From Candidatus Heimdallarchaeota archaeon (GTDB lineage Archaea > Asgardarchaeota > Heimdallarchaeia > Hodarchaeales > Hodarchaeaceae), in NCBI GenBank assembly GCA_020348965.1, contig CP070760.1, forward strand, positions 2,137,605 through 2,145,803: a DNA stretch of 8,199 nt, written 5' to 3'. The position numbers and the translations under genes are program-made. This document shows positions 5,518 to 8,199 of the stretch, one piece after another; position 1 is the first letter of the stretch, and every line of letters begins with the position of its first letter. The notes below the pieces were generated by a model that worked only from the letters and a program-made list of their open reading frames with translations, made no database searches and was not told the origin of the DNA.

Positions 5518-6456
5518 ATGTTATCAATCGGTGTATCAATTGGAGTCTCTCGGTTTACCTCTCAAGATAAAGCTTTAAATGTTCTTCCAGAACTTCAGAA
5601 AGCAGAAGTTAACGCCATTGAATTCGGATTACTTAACTGCGTGCTAGGACAAGCCAACATACCTGGAACTGTACCTTATCCTACTGAAAAGCAAACGAAG
5701 GCGATAGTAGAAGATTTACCTCCTGACCAATATTATTTATCGATCCACGGTCCTTACAGAATCTCTGCAACTTCCGAAGAACCAAAAAAACTCCAATACT
5801 CTAAATCAAATCTTTCTAAGTCTTTGTTGATTGCTGACTGGTTTGGAGCTCATCACGTTACTTTTCATGCAGGATCCTTTAAGAAAAAACATAATATTCC
5901 CCACGTACAAAAAGTTCTCACAGAGTGGGAGGAATGGCGACAACACAAGGGATATAATGCGAAGATGGCTCCAGAAGTGGGGGGGAAATACAATTCATTC
6001 GCCGATTTCTTCACTTTAGTAGAGATAGCTGGAACAATTGATAATTGTTTGATAACTTGGGATATCAGTCATGATTTCGCACGTGGAGGCAATATTACAA
6101 CTGAAGAAGGTGTTCTTAAACGGCTTACAATTCTGGATCAGGTATTCACTCTTAATTCTGATAATCGTCTACCGATGCATTTCTCTGGTATGATTGTGGG
6201 GAAAAAAGGCGAAAGTCATCATACTCTCTTGGATCATGGGACAGGGGTGCCATGGAAACTAGTATTTTCTGTCCTTAAGGAGCAGAACTACCTAGGAAAA
6301 GTTAGTATAATTTGTGAGAGTAAAGTTCCTAAAAATGAGAAATTAAAGGGTAATGCCTTAACAGATGTGGTTCGATTAAAGAAATTTCTAGAATCAGACC
6401 AACTTGTGAAGAGTTACAAAGGGAGACCTGGTCATCTAGACTATTACCTTACTTAG
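5518..6456 (+). CDS. Endonuclease IV-family / xylose isomerase-like TIM-barrel protein
   Basis: Motifs line up with E. coli Nfo metal-site blocks: YLSIHGPY (H69 block), VTFHAGS (FHPGS, H109), APEVGGK (IENTAG, E145), ITWDISHDFARGG (IDTCHAFAAGY, D179/H182), MHFSG...GESHHTL (MHLND...VDRHHSL, H216/D229->E/H231) and IICES (LILET, E261). I prefer ATG 5518 (MLSIGVSIGVS..., the usual family N-terminus) over the track's TTG 5467. Confidence 0.9.
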   Translation: MLSIGVSIGVSRFTSQDKALNVLPELQKAEVNAIEFGLLNCVLGQANIPGTVPYPTEKQTKAIVEDLPPDQYYLSIHGPYRISATSEEPKKLQYSKSNLSKSLLIADWFGAHHVTFHAGSFKKKHNIPHVQKVLTEWEEWRQHKGYNAKMAPEVGGKYNSFADFFTLVEIAGTIDNCLITWDISHDFARGGNITTEEGVLKRLTILDQVFTLNSDNRLPMHFSGMIVGKKGESHHTLLDHGTGVPWKLVFSVLKEQNYLGKVSIICESKVPKNEKLKGNALTDVVRLKKFLESDQLVKSYKGRPGHLDYYLT

Positions 6457-6512
6457 AAAACATATAGACCGTCAAAGAAAGCTTAAGAGAAGGCTAACAT
6501 GTAGGTCAAAAT

Positions 6513-7709
6513 ATGACCATCTTAAGAATCCCTCAAAGTAGATTTGAATACCGCCAGAAAAAATTCGTTAGGATTGTTGAAAAGCTAGAATTGCAGCATT
6601 TTATTATTACAAATCCTATATCTATTTATTATCTTACTGGTTTTTCAATGATTCCAACTGAACGTCCTTTTTTACTAGTTTTTAAGGATTCTACTATTAA
6701 TTTTTTCGTACCCGAGTTAGAGAAACAACATGTTTTAGAAGATGTTCCTAGCGCTAAGTATGTTGAAAGCTATTTCGAGTATCCTGATGTAATTCATCCT
6801 ATGACTCATTTTAAAAAGTTTATTAGAGAAGATCTTAAGATTTCAAACAAACTCGGAGCGGAAGGAGGCGGGGCGCGAGGGATGTGGGGATATCAAGGCC
6901 CGAGGTTTAAGGATGCGTTAAAGATGCCCGTAGCTGTTCATCCTGAGGTTATAACTGATATGCGAATCATTAAGGATAGCAATGAGTTGGCCTGTATACG
7001 TGAAAGTGCTCGTTGGGGAAATATAGCTCATCAGTTACTCCAAGAATATACTGCTGTGGGTGAAAATGAAATTGATGTTTCCTTTCAAGCCAGTCATGAG
7101 GCATCAAAACAAATGCGTGAAACTCTTGGTTCGGGTTACTTTCCTGTCGGTTATGGGGCGAGACCCTGTGGAGCAGGGTACCGAGGACAGATAGGCCCAT
7201 ATTCGGCTATTCCTCATGCAATGACTCGTAATGCAATCTTTCAGAAAGGTGATACACTCGTAACAGGTGCGACTGGTAATGTAGCGGGTTATAAATCTGA
7301 ATTAGAACGTACTATGTTTATGGGTGACCCTAACGAAAAACAGCGCGGGTATTTTGCTATTATGATGAAAGCTCAACAAGCTGCGTTTGACACTCTCGGA
7401 CCTGAGGTTCCCCTTTCAAAGGTTGACCACGCTACACGAATGGTGTTTAAAGAAGCAGGGGTCATGGATCTTGTGCAACATCATACTGGACATGCCATTG
7501 GTCTTGAGGGGCATGAACGTCCATTCCTCGATATCGGTATGAATAATCTTATGAAAGCAGGCATGGTTTTCACAGTTGAACCAGGTATTTATGACGGTTC
7601 GATTGGTGGGTTTCGCCACTCTGATACAGTTGTGATCACTGAAGAGGGGATTGACATTATTACCGTGGATTATCCACGCGACTTAGACTCTCTTATTATT
7701 GAAAGATAG
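6513..7709 (+). CDS. M24-family protein (Xaa-Pro peptidase/creatinase fold) with a non-canonical metal site
   Basis: 398 aa. An N-terminal creatinase/prolidase-type domain is followed by a pita-bread domain with HHTGHAIGLEGHERP and FTVEPGIY blocks. AGGT lies 8-11 nt before the ATG. See the finding on the two Asp-ligand positions. Confidence 0.95.
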   Translation: MTILRIPQSRFEYRQKKFVRIVEKLELQHFIITNPISIYYLTGFSMIPTERPFLLVFKDSTINFFVPELEKQHVLEDVPSAKYVESYFEYPDVIHPMTHFKKFIREDLKISNKLGAEGGGARGMWGYQGPRFKDALKMPVAVHPEVITDMRIIKDSNELACIRESARWGNIAHQLLQEYTAVGENEIDVSFQASHEASKQMRETLGSGYFPVGYGARPCGAGYRGQIGPYSAIPHAMTRNAIFQKGDTLVTGATGNVAGYKSELERTMFMGDPNEKQRGYFAIMMKAQQAAFDTLGPEVPLSKVDHATRMVFKEAGVMDLVQHHTGHAIGLEGHERPFLDIGMNNLMKAGMVFTVEPGIYDGSIGGFRHSDTVVITEEGIDIITVDYPRDLDSLIIER

Positions 7710-7718
7710 TGGTTTTAA

Positions 7719-8096
7719 ATGAACAAAAATTTGAAAAAGGGAATTGAATTAATCAAACAAGTCGAAAATTCAGCTGCAATTTCATATTTGAAAAAAGCAC
7801 TTGAAAGTGATCCGCAGAACCCTGAAATTTATCGTCACCTTGGTTTAGCCTCTTTTAATCTTGGTCAGTATGAGAAAGCTCTCTCATATTGGACTAAAGC
7901 TGTCGAATTAGCCCCTACTAATCATCAAACTCTCTGGAATCTGGGAAATCTTCATGAAATGGAAAAAAGGTTTGATAAAGCCTTTGAGGCTTATCAGCAA
8001 GCTGCAACAGTTGCAGAAAAAAGCTCCGATTTGAAGAAGGCAAAGCGATATAAAGAGTGGGCAGCAAAAGTTAAGCAGTCTGAGAATGAGATTTAA
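7719..8096 (+). CDS. Small tetratricopeptide-repeat (TPR) protein, 125 aa
   Basis: About three TPR units, for example AISYLKKALESDPQNPEIYRHLGLASFNLGQYEKALSYWTKAVELAPTNHQTLWNLGNLHEMEKRFDKAFEAYQQA. It starts 9 nt after the M24 stop, so it is probably co-transcribed. Confidence 0.9.
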   Translation: MNKNLKKGIELIKQVENSAAISYLKKALESDPQNPEIYRHLGLASFNLGQYEKALSYWTKAVELAPTNHQTLWNLGNLHEMEKRFDKAFEAYQQAATVAEKSSDLKKAKRYKEWAAKVKQSENEI

Positions 8097-8159
8097 ATTT
8101 TTGAACACTGAAAAATCTATTTACCGTGACAAATAACTTTTTAAATTCAAACACAAAAC

Positions 8160-8191
8160 AAACACCGATCAATGGAAAGAGGTGTTTTCTT
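8160..8191 (+). terminator. Possible terminator hairpin after the TPR gene
   Basis: AAACACC (8160-8166) pairs with GGTGTTT (8181-8187), followed by TCTT. The stem is 7 bp but the loop is a long 14 nt. A T5 run also follows the TPR stop directly (TAAATTTTTG). Weak call. Confidence 0.2.
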
Positions 8192-8199
8192 GCGATGAG

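Noticed and set aside
5979-5985. G7 homopolymer as a programmed frameshift or phase-variation site
   Set aside because: The reading frame is intact across it and encodes a conserved motif (PEVGGK). There is no alternative downstream frame of interest. I mention it only as a low-priority check.
5831-6019. Track ORF 5831-6019 (+)
   Set aside because: It is an alternative frame inside the endonuclease IV-family gene. No evidence supports an overlapping gene.
6970-7619. Track ORFs 6970-7200 (-) and 7416-7619 (-)
   Set aside because: They are antisense to the M24 gene, with His/Cys-rich shadow-frame composition.
7908-8108. Track ORF 7908-8108 (-)
   Set aside because: It is antisense to the TPR gene, uses a GTG start, and has a Leu/Cys/Phe-rich shadow composition.
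8147-8199. Open minus-strand frame entering from the right window edge (…HRKKTPLSIDRCLFCV, stop at 8147-8149)
   Set aside because: Only 16 codons are visible, with no motif, so a gene cannot be supported. If it is real, the hairpin at 8160-8187 would lie inside it rather than act as a terminator.
1-8199. Searches by eye for CRISPR repeats, IS/transposase ends, integrase, tRNA/rRNA, and known defence or toxin-antitoxin gene pairs
   Set aside because: I found no regularly spaced direct repeats of 25-40 nt. I also found no terminal inverted repeats flanking a transposase-like ORF, no cloverleaf-compatible segments, and no recognisable nuclease/ATPase defence modules.

Overview
AT-rich, densely coding 8.2-kb window with no rRNA, tRNA, CRISPR array or transposase that I can recognise. 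It is probably from an uncultured archaeon. That is inference only, from TATA-like boxes 25-50 nt upstream of starts, a CPxC micro-protein and a PEF-CTERM-like tail. Left to right: (1) a minus-strand ORF at 1-1076 that runs off the left edge and is absent from the supplied track. It consists of an exact 205-residue internal duplication of a winged-helix-like plus Cys-rich zinc-finger unit. (2) A 352-nt ORF-free divergent intergenic region. (3) An 89-aa small membrane protein. (4) A 470-aa ArsR-type wHTH fused to a ~325-aa domain that looks like a BtrH_N/DUF4872 or C39-like papain fold. (5) A 75-77-aa Ser/Thr-rich mini-ORF ending in an archaeosortase-type (PEF-CTERM-like) tail. (6) An ABC-2 exporter, with permease and ATPase genes overlapping by 11 nt. 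(7) A divergent promoter region carrying TTTTTAC repeats phased at 21 nt. (8) A plus-strand gene string: an unlisted 41-aa CPxC zinc-ribbon micro-protein, an endonuclease IV-family TIM-barrel protein, an M24 (prolidase-like) protein with two non-canonical metal-ligand positions, and a small TPR protein. The most interesting candidates are the duplicated wH-zinc-finger protein and the cassette of regulator-peptidase-like fusion, mini-ORF and ABC-2 exporter. I cannot assign either to a named system. All domain calls come from motif recognition by eye and need HMM or structure confirmation.
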